Assembly: GCA_002269645.1 (NCBI GenBank) | Contig: NIVC01000992.1 | Coordinates: 372,001-436,000 of the forward strand | Length of the DNA: 64,000 bases | Reading direction: 5' to 3' | Source of the DNA: Macrostomum lignano | Lineage: Eukaryota | In this document: in pieces, positions 20,850 to 33,967 of the stretch | How positions within the stretch are numbered: position 1 is the first letter of the stretch | Layout of the letters: each line of letters begins with the position of its first letter | Notes under the pieces: model-generated | The model's input: the letters and a program-made list of their open reading frames with translations, nothing else | The model's database searches: none | What the model was told of the DNA's origin: nothing | Position numbers and translations under genes: made by a program

Positions 20850-21920
20850 TTGAGCAGCATCACGTGACCTCAGGCACCAGGCTTAATTATATAAAATTTT
20901 GTTTAAATTTTTTCATCTTGAGTACGTGTGGTGCAAGTGCCTAGTCACGTGATTTGCGACTGTTGATAAATTTTTTTCACGTGACTAAATAAATTATATT
21001 GTTTCCGCGTGTAAAATGAATTGTCACGTGATCAAGTGCGTCACGTGACTAATTCGCAGTTTTGTAATATTAGACCTAGCTATATTTTTAGCTACAGCTA
21101 CCTGGTAGCATAACATAAGTTTTTGCATTGACTTGCTGTTAACGTTGTAAAATTGTAAATCTGTTAATTCTTTTAAGAGTTGTATCGTTAAAACAAACTT
21201 AAAATAAACGAACTTTCGATTCCACGAGTTTAAATATTTGATTATAATGATATATAAGGAATTTCAAATTGATAAGTTTATTATCTGTTTTTCAATGTTA
21301 ATCACTTTGTAATAATAATAATGTATGTACATAGGAAAGTGGATATTTTTTATTATTAAAAAACCGCAATAAATTACAAATCAGTTGTTTGAATTAATTA
21401 TTGTACAATCACGCAATACGCATTTGAAAACACCACTATGATAATTTTTCACAGAAATCAGAAAAGAAAGAAAAAACAAATCATGATCTTAGGAGCTGTT
21501 CTTGTGGAAAAATAACTCGGTCGTGTCTTATGGTAATGTATTTTATTGAGGTTAATTAATATTGAGGAAAGAAATTCGTTTTACTACTGATATTAACTTA
21601 AAAGTAGTACAGTTGTAATTCTCCTCCAGTTTTTGCAGTTGTTGGGAAACTGCTAAAATTGGTAACAGTCTATTGGGGGCGTGACCCCTTGCCATCATTG
21701 TGGCTTTCACTCCATACTAAGTGAGCGACCAAGGACCACTGTAGTATAACAGTACGTAAAACTCAAAGATCGTGTAATCTTTAGGTCAATTTCCTAGAAA
21801 TGTATATAATATATAATATAACATATATAATTTATATATTATATTATATATTATATTTCCTAGAAATATAAAAGTATATATGAAATATTATAAATGACAT
21901 GTAACTAAGACGATTTCAAC

Positions 21921-24900
21921 TCAGTAATTGAGCTTTTCCGGCAGCTGGACGTCTTCATCATCTTTGCACGGATAAGTCCAAACTCGCTTTCTCCCGCTAA
22001 CTGCAGTTGGTTTCTCAGTTTCAATCCAGGACGCGATCAGATTTTTCACATTTCTGGACACTTTTATCGGACTGTAAACGTTCGCTTCATCTTCACGATG
22101 GAAGGATCGGGGAAGTTCGGGATCGTAGTAGAGGGTGTGAGCACTGCGCCGAGGCTGCGGCACCTCTCTGCCGGACGATTCGCATTCTCTGGGTGTGAGG
22201 TCCTTTGAAAAGCAGATGCGGAGCTCTGCCAAGTAGGCTGGTTTCGATTTCTCGCCCTGAAAAATAACATAACAGTTCAAGGTCGAATTACGAGTACAGC
22301 TGTCCAGGAGACTACTCGTACATGTAGAGGCTGGTCCAGAAAGGTCTCCTGGATAACAAGCCGAGTTTTCTCTGCACTCGGTTCATACATCATTTCTCGG
22401 AGGTCTGGCCAAGGTAAGTCGCAAAAACGCCCACCCGAAAAATAGACGTAGTACTAATTAGATGACGAGGCATGTTGCCTTAATAGTTAATTACTCCTGC
22501 CGTTTACTCAAAAATACATTAATTTTTGCTCTAGGGTTTCTTTCATAGGTAAGAGTAAGTCGAACGGCCGGGTGAAATTTCGAAGTTGAGCATGTATGAC
22601 TGGGTTGATTAATTGGACTTAAAATGTCCTCAACGCCCTCAGTTTGCTCAGTATGGCACCTCTCTCGTGTACAGTATAGCGCCTAAAGATTTGCATCGGC
22701 TAAATCGAAAATCTAACTTTGAAAATTGTCAATGAAAGCTGTAAATGAATTATTATTCCTGAGTCATGACAGTTCATCTCGGCATGTGTTCTGCTCACGT
22801 GCTTCTTACTCACGTGCTTTTTTCCAGGTGCGAAGCAATCAATTTCTGGCTTGTAACCGAAGGCGCTATTGACGGCTTCAACTATTTTTGAGACCTGAAA
22901 TTTTTATATTTAAGATTATACTGTGCCCTGCGCAACAAATAGCGCAATAAATAATTCAATATAAATGGCATTTCTCGCACCTTATAAGATGTCGATCCAG
23001 GCACTATGCCGGCACTCTTTAGAAATCTAAAATTGATGTTAACTAATTATATATTGAGTAACTAATAGTTAACGTAATTTGTAAATAAATGCAAATTTGC
23101 TTTTTTCATTTTATCACTCATTTTAATGTCAGTAGCTATCTAAATGCCAGTCCCCTGTAATGTCCATCTCTCTAAATGCCAGTCCCCTGTAATGTCCATC
23201 TCTCTAAATGCCAGTCCCCTGTAATGTCCATCTCTCTAAATGCCAGTTTTCTGTAATGTCCATCTCTCTAAATGCCAGTCCCCTGTAATGTCCATCTCTC
23301 TAAATGCCAGTCCCCTGTAATGTCCATCTCTCTAAATGCCAGTCCTCTGTAATGTCCATCTCTCTAAATGCCAGTCCCCTGTAATGTCCATCTCTCTAAA
23401 TGCCAGTCCCCTGTAATGTCCATCTCTCTAAATGCCAGTCCCCTGTAATGTCCATCTCTCTAAATGCCAGTCCCCTGTAATGTCCATCTCTCTAAATGCC
23501 AGTCCCCTGTAATGTCCATCTCTCTAAATGCCAGTCCCCTGTAATGTCCATCTCTCTAAATGCCAGTCCCTGTAATGTCCATCTCTCTAAATGCCAGTTT
23601 TCTGTAATGTCCATCTCTCTAAATGCCAGTCCCCTGTAATGTCCATCTCTCTAAATGCCAGTCCCTTGTAATGTCCATCTCTCTAAATGCCAGTTTTCTG
23701 TAATGTCCATCTCTCTAAATGCCAGTCCCCTGTAATGTCCATCTCTCTAAATGCCAGTCCCCTGTAATGTCCATCTCTCTAAATGCCAGTCCTCTGTAAT
23801 GTCCATCTCTCTAAATGCCAGTCCCCTGTAATGTCCATCTCTCTAAATGCCAGTCCCCTGTAATGTCCATCTCTCTAAATGCCAGTCCTCTGTAATGTCC
23901 ATCTCTCTAAATGCCGTCTTTTCAATATCTAACCTTACATGCCAGCCTCATTAGTTTTATCAACTGTAAAGTCTCAGCCCATCTCCACTCACTGAGTCAC
24001 ATTGTACTTCAGATAGACGGAGAGGGCCGACTGGAAGTACTTCAGCGTGCTGTTAAATCTGGAGTCAACGCTGGCGCACCTGCCGTGCTTGGTGTACTCA
24101 TGGTTCCTGCAAATGTGGAGGCACAATTTGTGCTTGCAAAATTTCGGCTTAAATATTTGGGAGATTCTCAGACACCCCCCCCCTAATTTTATGCAGGCAA
24201 CTTGCATTGCACTAACTGGGTCAAGCGCCTGTTTCACAGTTAAGCTATTCACCCACATTCACCCTCTCAACCACATTCACTCTCAACCACATTCACTCTC
24301 AACCACATTCACTCTCTTAACCCCATTGTCTCCAATCACCCTGCATCCAACACCCACATTAAACTAATTGCAATTAATTGCAATTTTATTATTCCAGAAT
24401 CCGGTGTAACTTACCAGAAATCCTTAGGATTTCCTCGTGGATTTAATAGATCCATCCAATACTTTCTGAGTTGGGATTCCACTGGCTGCAAAATCAAAGC
24501 ATGCATAGATCGAATGAATATTAATTAATGGTTTGATTTTTTGTTTAAATCTACCTAAGTCTTGCTAAGTGTACCTTCAGTTGGGAATAGTTGAATTCTC
24601 CCTGACAATCTCCTTTGACCTTCTCAGGCCTGAAAGTGAATATTAATCACCATTTAATCCAATCAGTTTTTAAGTATTAGGCTAGTCCAATTGGTAATTG
24701 TTAGGATTATTTTATAAACATACCAAAGTCCGTGAATGTTAAAAATTGGCACAAGTTTATCTGTGTTGTTGCACTAAAATGTAAGCAGATAATATTGTTT
24801 ATTATTGTAGTATTGTCCGAACATTTCTTTCTGTACGAACCTGGGCTGTCACCCAGGTAGAAGACAAATGAAAAGAGGTAGAAGATAAATGACAGAGGCA

Positions 24901-27506
24901 GAGGACAAATGAAAGAGGTAGAAGATAAATGACAGAGACAGAGGACAAATGAAAAGAGATAGAGGATAAATGACAGAGGCAGAGGACAAATGAAAAGAGA
25001 TAGAGGATAAACGACAGAGCAGACGACAAATGAAAAGAGGTAGAGGATAAATGACAGAGGCAGAGGACAAATGAAAAGAGGTAGAGGATAAATGACAGAG
25101 GCAGAGGACAAATGAAAGAGGTAGAGGATAAATGACAGAGGCAGAGGACAATTGAAAAGAGGTAGAGGATAAATGACAGAGGCAGAAGACAAATGAAAAG
25201 AGGTAGAGGATAAATGACAGAGGCAGAAGACAAATGAAAAGAGGTAGAAGATAAATGACAGAGGCAGAGGACAATTGAAAAGAGGTAGAGGATAAATGAC
25301 AGAGGCAGAGGACAAATGAAAAGAGGTAGAGGATAAATGACAGAGGCAGAGGACAAATGAAAGAGGTAGAGGATAAATGACAGAGGCAGAGGACAAATGA
25401 AAGAGGTAGAGGATAAATGACAGAGGCAGAGGACAAATGAAAGAGGTAGAGGATAAACGACAGAGCAGAGGACAAATGAAAAGAGGCAGAGGATAAATGA
25501 CAGAGGAAGAGGACAAATGAAAAGAGATAGAGGATAAACGACAGAGCAGAGGACAAATGAAAAGAGGTAGAGGATAAATGACAGAGGCAGAGGACAAATG
25601 AAAAGAGGTAGAGGATAAATGACAGAGGCAGAGGACAAATGAAAGAGGTAGAGGACAAATGACAGAGGCAGAAGACAAATGAAAAGAGGTAGAAGATAAA
25701 TGACAGAGGCAGAAGACAAATGAAAAGAGATAGAGGATAAATGACAGAAGCAGAGGACAAATGAAAAGAGATAGAGGATAAATGACAGAAGCAGAGGACA
25801 AATGAAAAGAGGTAGAGGATAAATGACAGAAGCAGAGGACAAATGAAAAGAGATAGAGGATAAATGACAGAGGCAGAGGACAAATGAAAGAGATAGAGAA
25901 TAAATGACAGAGGCAGAAGACAAATGAAAAGAGATAGAGGATAAATGACAGAGGCAGAGGACAAATGAAAGAGGTAGAGGATAAACGACAGAGCAGAGGA
26001 CAAATGAAAAGAGGCAGAGGATAAATGACAGAGGCAGAGGACAAATGAAAAGAGATAGAGGATAAACGACAGAGCAGAGGACAAATGAAAAGAGGTAGAG
26101 GATAAATGACAGAGGCAGAGGACAAATGAAAAGAGGTAGAGGATAAATGACAGAGGCAGAGGACAAATGAAAAGAGATAGAGGATAAATGACAGAGGCAG
26201 AGGACAATTGAAAAGAGGTAGAGGATAAATGACAGAGGCAGAAGACAAATGAAAAGAGGTAGAGGATAAACGACAGAGCAGAGGACAAATGAAAAGAGGC
26301 AGATGATAAATGACAGAGGCAGAGGACAAATGAAAGAGGTAGATGATAAGTGACAAGAGGCAGAAGACAAATGAAGAGGTAGAGGATAAATGACAGAGGC
26401 AGAGGACAAATGAAGAGAGGCAGAGGATAAATGACAAGAGGCAGAGGACAAATGACAAGAGGCAGAGGACAAATGACAAGAGGCAGAGGATAAATGACAG
26501 AGGCAGAGGACAAATGAAAAGAGGTAGAGGATAAATGACAGAGGCAGAGGACAAATGAAAAGAGGCAGAGGATAAATGACAGAGGCAGAGGACAAATGAA
26601 AAGAGGCAGAGGATAAATGACAGAGGCAGAGGACAAATGAAAAGAGGTAGAGGACAAATGACAGAGGCAGAGGACAAATGAAAAGAGGCAGAGGACAAAT
26701 GACAAGAGGCAGAGGACAAATGAAAAGAGGCAGAGGACAAATGAAAAGAGGTAGGGGTAGAGGATAAATGACAGAGGCAGAGGACAAATGAAAAGAGGTA
26801 GGGGTAGAGGATAAATGACAGAGGCAGAGGACAAATGAAAAGAGGTAGAGGATAAATGACAGAGGCAGAGGACAAATGAAAAGAGGTAGGGGTAGAGGAT
26901 AAATGACAGAGGCAGAGGACAAATGAAAAGAGGCAGAGGATAAATGACAGAGGCAGAGGACAAATGAAAAGAGGCAGAGGATAAATGACAGAGGCAGAGG
27001 ACAAATGAAAAGAGGTAGAGGACAAATGACAGAGGCAGAGGACAAATGAAAAGAGGCAGAGGACAAATGAAAAGAGGCAGAGGACAAATGACAAGAGGCA
27101 GAGGACAAATGAAAAGAGGCAGAGGACAAATGACAGAGGCAGAGGACAAATGACAGAGGCAGAGTACAAATCAGAGCCCATGACTTACACTCGGCTCATT
27201 CTCAGTGCAGAAAGTGTACGGCCACTCTTGGCTAAACATAAAATATTCGAACGTCTCCTCGTTGCCCTTAGTTACCGCCATAGCGCTGGCCATTGAATCC
27301 CTAGTCAAATGTTCCATGACTATTAGGAGTGGGATCAGCGCAGATGCACTTAAGCTAGATAATATTGAGTGAGATTATTTAATATTTAATTTAATTAATA
27401 ATCTTTGCACACGTATAAATAGCACCAAAAATATTATTTGGATATATTTATTATATTAATTCGATTTTTAAACTCACGAAAGCAGTCCGGTGCAAGAGTT
27501 TGCCAT
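21921..27506 (-). CDS. RNASET2: Ribonuclease T2; 9 exons, 315 aa, secreted/lysosomal
   Basis: Exons are 27506-27478, 27354-27189, 24773-24724, 24629-24575, 24485-24415, 24106-23993, 23026-22981, 22894-22814 and 22256-21921; all junctions are GT-AG and phase-consistent (948 nt). Motifs are FEYFMFSQEWPYTFC, CAS I FNIHGLWP, CAS II FWNHEYTKHGRCA, FGYKPEIDC and YLAELRICFSKDL..C. Confidence 0.93.
23137..23915. repeat. 32-bp minisatellite (taaatgccagtcccctgtaatgtccatctctc) in RNase T2 intron 6
   Basis: About 24 near-identical copies. Confidence 0.95.
24855..27170. repeat. 2.3-kb purine-rich minisatellite (20-22-bp monomers, often alternating as ~42-bp dimers) in RNase T2 intron 2
   Basis: Units gaggcagaggacaaatga(aaa) and gaggtagaggataaatgaca alternate; this array is the source of the three 766-824 aa artefact ORFs. 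Confidence 0.95.
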
Positions 27507-27916
27507 TTTGGATCGGCCGATGGCGATTTCAAATATATGAACAAAAAATCTCGCTTTTAATCTTCGCTATTAGTTAGCAAGAGTGTCCCGTCTCGTGGGT
27601 CGTGGCCCTGCCGCCTGTTTTATAAAGCTCTAAGTCTATATTTACCTTTTCTAATTTACAAAGTGTTCCGCACAGGCCATTCGGTTCTCTCTTTCTCTCT
27701 CATTCCCCTCTCTCTCTCTCTGCTATGAATGAATCATCGGTCAACCCCCGATTGGCAATAGCCCCAATTCTTATCTGTGTGTTGGGGCGTTCTCGAAACC
27801 CTACCCCACCCGACCCCCCCCCCCAAATGTACGCGCAGTTGGGGTGGGTGGGGGTTACTTAGCCAATTTTAGTGTACAGCTCCCCCTAATTCTTGCCCCA
27901 GTCTTTAAAGTTTAAA

Positions 27917-27985
27917 CCAGAGAGGTCGGCAAACTTTTTTATCTCACGGACCAGATGAAAAATTTAGCAAATGACAGCGGATCAT
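27917..27985 (+). mobile_element. Possible hAT/Charlie-type transposon end fragment
   Basis: ccagagaggtcggcaaactttttt..ggaccagat resembles the CAGGGGTCGGCAAACTTTTT..GGGCCAGAT end of MER58-like elements (recalled from memory). No partner TIR was found. Confidence 0.35.
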
Positions 27986-27989
27986 TTTA

Positions 27990-29250
27990 TGGAAGAGAAG
28001 AGAGACATGAGAGAGATGACAGACAAGCGAGGCGAGAGGCGATTACAGAAAAGGTTGCTGAAAAAGAGACACAAGAGGGCCTGAGAACGTTGTTAGGAAG
28101 ATCCGGGTTGGGGCCGAGGTAGGTGAGGCTATCCAGTATCCTGAGTAAAGGCGGGGCATTCACAGATGAAGTGCTTCGCATTCTTAACGCCAAAGAGGCA
28201 GAATCTGCATTCCTCATTGTTAATTTATCCCTGGAAGTGACGATGCCTGACAAAACAGCCGTGACCCTAGAGGGCCATGGTCTCCGCTCTGATGTCCTTG
28301 TGGTTGAGCCCAAGCAGGGCCCTGCAGAGGGCGGGGGAAGCTGGACAGGGGACAGTCGCGCGGGATTGCCGGCAGTCGGAGCGTTAGCCCACCTCTCCCT
28401 GTGCTTTAATGCCACCCACTGGTTGATCCAAGTGGTGACAACGGCGAGGGGGTGGGGCAGTAAAAGATCCAGTCAAGCGCCAGCCTGGGTTGGCCCGCGA
28501 GTGCCCGGGGATCCACGTTACGGGCACCTTGTTGGGGGTGCCTAAGCGGTTAAGCACCAACCGTGTCGATTGAATGATTGGATTGAATGACACAGAGAGG
28601 TTAGACAGGTCCGGTCTGTGCCAAGCTTTTAGGAGGGTAGACATGATCTAATATGGCTGCTCTAGCGTTTTGAGGGTCATGAAAACGGTCAAAACTAACA
28701 GGGATATTTGGGATCTTACCTTGAAAGAGACAGGAAGGCGGTCTCCGGAGCCTGCGGTCTGGCCGCATACCCCTGTTAGGTCAGAGAGGGTGATGCTTGT
28801 TCCTCAGAGCAGAGGCACCTGATACGCACAGGTGCACTTCCAGGCTAAACCCAATACGTCTCAAGACAGAAGCTCTGAGGCCACGGATGGGCTGCCGCCG
28901 CCGCAGCCGAGGCAGTCCAGCAGCCCTAGAGCTGCCTTGATCACATGTGGGACGTGAACCCCTGAGTCGGCTTGTGAGTCAGCTTGGAGAGAGTTCTCTT
29001 GCCATTCCTGCACCAGAATTGAGGGGGTGCGGGTGTGTAGGATCGCAGACCTTTTAGCTCGTAGGCCTGGTCTGATCATACTTCATAGGGCGGGTGGAAA
29101 TGCCAATGCGAGCACATCCACAACAAAGTGTCCCCCAAGACGGCGCCCCACAATTCGGCCCTCTTCAACACAGCGCCTTCTATTGATAAGAGCTCTTGGA
29201 CTTGGAGTGAATTTCATCGCTATTTGCAGGACACAAGTAGCCATATAAGG
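27990..29250 (-). mobile_element. Decayed non-LTR retrotransposon fragment with an RNase H remnant
   Basis: The minus-strand translation contains NPIIQ..VLNRL..VTWIPGHS, matching the RNase H WIPGH motif of I/R1-group elements. The region is GC-richer than its flanks and broken by stops and frameshifts. Confidence 0.5.
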
Positions 29251-29807
29251 TTCTTTTTTATTTTCATTTATTGGTATTGAAATTTCGCAAAACTTTATCT
29301 ATGATGAGGATAAGCAGCTATAGGAAGATGTGATGAGATAATAAGAATTAGGATAGGACTCTGAGGATGGGGACTGCTGGAGGTTTGGGATTGGGGTGTG
29401 GGAACGGGAGGATGGGGTTGGTGTTCTAATTGTAATTGCATTGAACTTTACAAGGTCTATACCTAGCTTCTTTCTTCAATACTGCAATTTTACGACAAAA
29501 AATGATAAAGAATCACAAGAGTGAGGCAATGCAAAATCGACAGGTGCATGTCATATCACTCATCTGACACTGCAGCTGCGTGTGAACTCATCTCTCCCAT
29601 CAAACAATGTCTGCAGCTGTATCCATCTCATCAAATTTTCTTCACAACCTCATTACGAGCCGAAATAGCGAAGTGCATAAAAAGCCATCACTCTCAGTTC
29701 ATACATATGCTTTTGGTTGACGTGAAGGATTTGGAAACAACAAGCCCGGGAGAGCATATTTTAGAGTTTCAATTTCGTAGGCAGAAAAAGATTAACTAAT
29801 TCTGAAG

Positions 29808-32503
29808 CAATGCTGGAATCTGCGATCATTGGTTTTATTATCTTGTCAGGTGAGTTTTCCAAACCCGCCCCGCCAGTCCCAGCCTCCCTCACGCAGCCGC
29901 TCATCCCAAACCCGCCCCGCCAGTCCCAGCCTCCCTCACGCAGCCGCTCATCCCAAACCCGCCCCGCCAGTCCCAGCCTCCCTCACGCAGCCGCTCATCC
30001 CAAACCCGCCCCGCCAGTCCCAGCCTCCCTCACGCAGCCGCTCATCCCAAACCTGCCCCGCCAGTCCCAGCCTCCCTCACGCAGCCGCTCATCCCAAACC
30101 CGCCCCGCCAGTCCCAGCCTCCCTCACGCAGCCGCTCATCCCAAACCCGCCCCGCCAGTCCCAGCCTCCCTCACGCAGCCGCTCATCCCAAACCCGCCCC
30201 GCCAGTCCCAGCCTCCCTCACGCAGCCGCTCATCCCAAACCCGCCCCGCCAGTCCCAGCCTCCCTCACGCAGCCGCTCATCCCAAACCCGCCCCGCCAGT
30301 CCCAGCCTCCCTCACGCAGCCGCTCATCCCAAACCCGCCCCGCCAGTCCCAGCCTCCCTCACGCAGCCGCTCATCCCAAACCCGCCCCACCAGTCCCAGC
30401 CTCCCTCACGCAGCCGCTCATCCCAAACCCGCCCCGCCAGTCCCAGCCTCCCCCACGCAGCCGCTCATCCCAAATCCGCCCCGCCAGTCCCAGCCTCCCT
30501 CACGCAGGCGCTCGCCAGCTGCAGCCGCTTCATCAACTCCTCCGGCCCAGTCCTGCTCGACCCGACCGTCAGCAGCCTCATCATCAGCGAGCCCAGCTCA
30601 GCCTCCATCCAAGACTGCCTGCTCAGCTGCTGGTCGAGGCGCTGTGCGGCAGTCAGCCTGCTGCGGGCCAGCCGCGTCTGCCAGCTGCTCTTCGTCGAGG
30701 ACGCCTCGCGGACTGCCGGACCGCCGCGCAGTCACGCGTGGAGGTCGCTGGGATCCGAGGCCGGCGCCGAGGTGTGGAAGGCGGTCGACATCGACAGCGT
30801 CATCGAGTCGAGGAGGCTCAACATCACGCACGAGTTCTCAAGTGAGACCAGTCCCAAGTTCTCATTCTCATGCCAGCTCATTCTCATGCCAGCTCATTCT
30901 CATGCCAGCTCATTCTCATGCCAGCTCATTCTCATGCCAGCTCATTCTCATGCCAGCTCATTCTCATGCCAGCTCATTCTCATGCCAGCTCATTCTCATG
31001 CCAGCTCATTCTCATGCCAGCTCATTCTCATGCCAGCTCATTCTCATGCCAGCTCATTCTCATGCCAGCTCATTCTCATGCCAGCTCATTCTCATGCCAG
31101 CTCATTCTCATGCCAGCTCATTCTCATGCCAGCTCATTCTCATGCCAGCTCATTCTCATGCCAGCTCATTCTCATGCCAGCTCATTCTCATGCCAGCTCA
31201 TTCTCATGCCAGCTCATTCTCATGCCAGCTCATTCTCATGCCAGCTCATTCTCATGCCAGCTCATTCTCATGCCAGCTCATTCTCATGCCAGCTCATTCT
31301 CATGCCAGCTCATTCTCATGCCAGCTCATTCTCATGCCAGCTCATTCTCATGCCAGCTCATTCTCATGCCAGCTCATTCTCATGCCAGCTCATTCTCATG
31401 CCAGCTCATTCTCATGCCAGCTCATTCTCATGCCAGCTCATTCTCATGCCAGCTCATTCTCATGCCAGCTCATTCTCATGCCAGCTCATTCTCATGCCAG
31501 CTCATTCTCATACCAGTTCATTCTCATGCCAGCTCATTCTCATGCCAGCTCATTCTCACAGCAACTCAGTTGACCCCGCTGACCCCCACTGACTCCCAGA
31601 CTCGAGCTTGGGCCGCAGCGGCTCCATCCAGCAGCTGACAGTCGAGCTGACCGGCTGCTACCGAATCGAGGCCCGGGGCGCTGCAGGCGGCTACAGCAGC
31701 TTCGCAGGCACAGCTGGCGGCCACGGAGCCTCGATGTCGGGACGCTTCAACCTGACTGCCGGCGTCCGGCTGTCAATTGTGGTCGGTCAGGCCGGCGGAC
31801 CAGCCGTCGACGGCAACTGCGGAGGAGGCGGCGGCGGCGGCAGCTTCGTGTTCGTCGGCGGCGTCGGCGGTCGCCTTCTGGTCGCCGCGGGAGGCGGCGG
31901 TGGGGCGTCTTTGTTAAAAAACGGCAAGTGAAAAGCTTTGGAGCTGTGCTCAGTAGCTTTGCACAGAAAACACTTCGTGCGTTAATAAGTTTCAAGGCGA
32001 TTCTCCATCTTGCATCTCCAGGCGCTCCCGGCCAGGCGGGCGTCAACGGCACAAACTCCGTCATCAACCTCAAATACGGCGGCTTCGGCGGCGCCAATGG
32101 CGGCCCGGGCTTCAACGACCCCAGCAGGACCCCAGGAAACAGCCACCACGGAGGCTGCGGCGCCGGCTGGCTGGGCGGGCCGGAAAATGCGCGGCTCAGC
32201 CCCGGTGACGGAGACGGCGGAGCTGGCCCCGCTGAAGGCTGGACTGGCGGCCTCGCCGGCTCTGGAAACACTGGCGTCGGCGGCTTCGGCGGAGGCGGTG
32301 GCGCCGGCGGCAGCAACGGCAAAAAAGGCGCGGGCGGTGCTGGCGGCGGCTTCAGCGGAGGTGGCGCGGGTCTCGGTCTGAATCACGCTGGAGGAGGCGG
32401 CGGCTCCTCCTGCGACGGCCTCGACTGCAGCGGCGTCACCGGCGGCAACAGCGGCAGTCAGGAGGGGCGGGTGGTGGTGCAGCTGGTGCCGGGGCTGTGC
32501 TGA
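29808..32503 (+). CDS. Secreted PAN/apple-like + ALK/LTK-type glycine-rich domain protein, paralog 1 (5' end uncertain)
   Basis: Firm exons are 30508-30841, 31600-31923 and 32022-32503 (stop); a probable upstream exon ends at 29849 (GTGAGT donor). Motifs include SIQDCLLSCWSRRCAA..CQL, GCYRIEARGAAGG, HGASMSGRFNLTAGVRLSIVVGQAG, GGGGGGSFVF..LLVAAGGGGG and GGGFSGGG. There is no TM or kinase domain before the stop. Confidence 0.82.
29858..30507. repeat. 47-bp minisatellite filling an intron; its last unit forms the 3' splice site
   Basis: About 14 copies of aaacccgccccgccagtcccagcctccctcacgcagccgctcatccc. Confidence 0.95.
30858..31560. repeat. 16-bp minisatellite (gccagctcattctcat) in an intron of paralog 1
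   Basis: About 43 almost perfect copies. Confidence 0.95.
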
Positions 32504-32504
32504 G

Positions 32505-33030
<526 letters not shown>

Positions 33031-33967
33031 GTCTGGTCCGTCCTGAGGATTACTTTGACTGGGAAAACTGTTATCTGCTTGGTCGAGTACCTCTAAAACA
33101 AACCAGAACCTGGGTTCCTTTTTTGCAGAAGATTCAAATTGATGGTCCCACTCCTAGTCTTTTTGTAGCTTACGTGGCCTATTGGTCGCAAAGTCGCAAT
33201 GATTATAGCCTAACTAATATAAGTAGTAAAAACAGAATATTATTCAGAATTTTTCTAAACTATTGGCTCGTACGAATTTTAAATTTTAAATAGAAAAGTC
33301 TATTGAGGTCGCCTTTCTATAGTACTTATGCAGTAGTAATCGTAACATAATAATATACTGGATTAAACACAGCCTACAATAAGTTGTTATAAAAACAGTA
33401 CAAACGTGTGCTTCTCACTCTATACTTTAGCCGTCTGAATACTCGTACATGTACGAGCGTACGTGCACACATGCAGCATTTCACAGCTCTAACCCCTAGA
33501 ACTTTGAGCGCTACAGAAACGCCCCAGTAGCTATACTTGAACAGCCGTTCCTACTACTTCTAAATGTATGCTGCATGGCTTCTCACAGCTGGATTAGCTC
33601 CTGTGCTTCTTTCTCTCTTTCCATTCCATTGATCGCACAGTCCAAGAAAGCAATTTTTCTCAAACATTGTAACCAACGCCCCGCCGCGGATTTACAGCTT
33701 GAATTGGCAGTTTGCACTGTTGGAAAGAATTTGCAGGAACGAATGAAGAATAAAATGCCGCTTCTTTCTTCTAAAGCCGCTCCGATCCCGCAGACAGGCA
33801 GTCCTCTCCAAAGCAACACCCAGTTGAGAATTTAGTTAACTTACATACATGTACTAGACGAAAACAACGAGAAGAAATGTACGCGGTAGAAAGAGAACAT
33901 TATTGTTACCAGGCGTCAACTGTTACTGTTCTCTGAATCCTGTAATTTGTTGGAAATTAGGTAGACT

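Noticed and set aside
22280-22410. Minus-strand open stretch DLREMMYEPSAEKTRLVIQETFLDQPLHVRVV
   Set aside because: It lies in the last RNase T2 intron, the flanking exons already join in frame, and no good donor or homology was seen. An alternative exon cannot be excluded.
24839-24857. Small hairpin CCTGGG-ctgtca-CCCAGG at the edge of the 2.3-kb array (Helitron-like end?)
   Set aside because: There is no properly spaced CTRR terminus or matching 5' TC end, and a 6-bp stem can occur by chance.
24707-27181. Three overlapping ORFs of 766-824 aa
   Set aside because: They are translations of a stop-free minisatellite inside RNase T2 intron 2; all three frames are open and the peptides are periodic.
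29810-31638. 587-, 338-, 288- and 240-aa ORFs
   Set aside because: They are mostly 47-bp and 16-bp tandem repeats. Only 30508-30841 is a real exon. The ATG at 29810 gives phase 1 at the 29849 donor, which does not fit the phase-0 acceptor at 30508.
31747-32386. Pro-rich and Ala-rich antisense or alternate-frame ORFs over the Gly-rich genes (also 45680-46092) and over the GPCR, ABCG and clarin
   Set aside because: They are shadow ORFs expected from GC-rich coding sequence.
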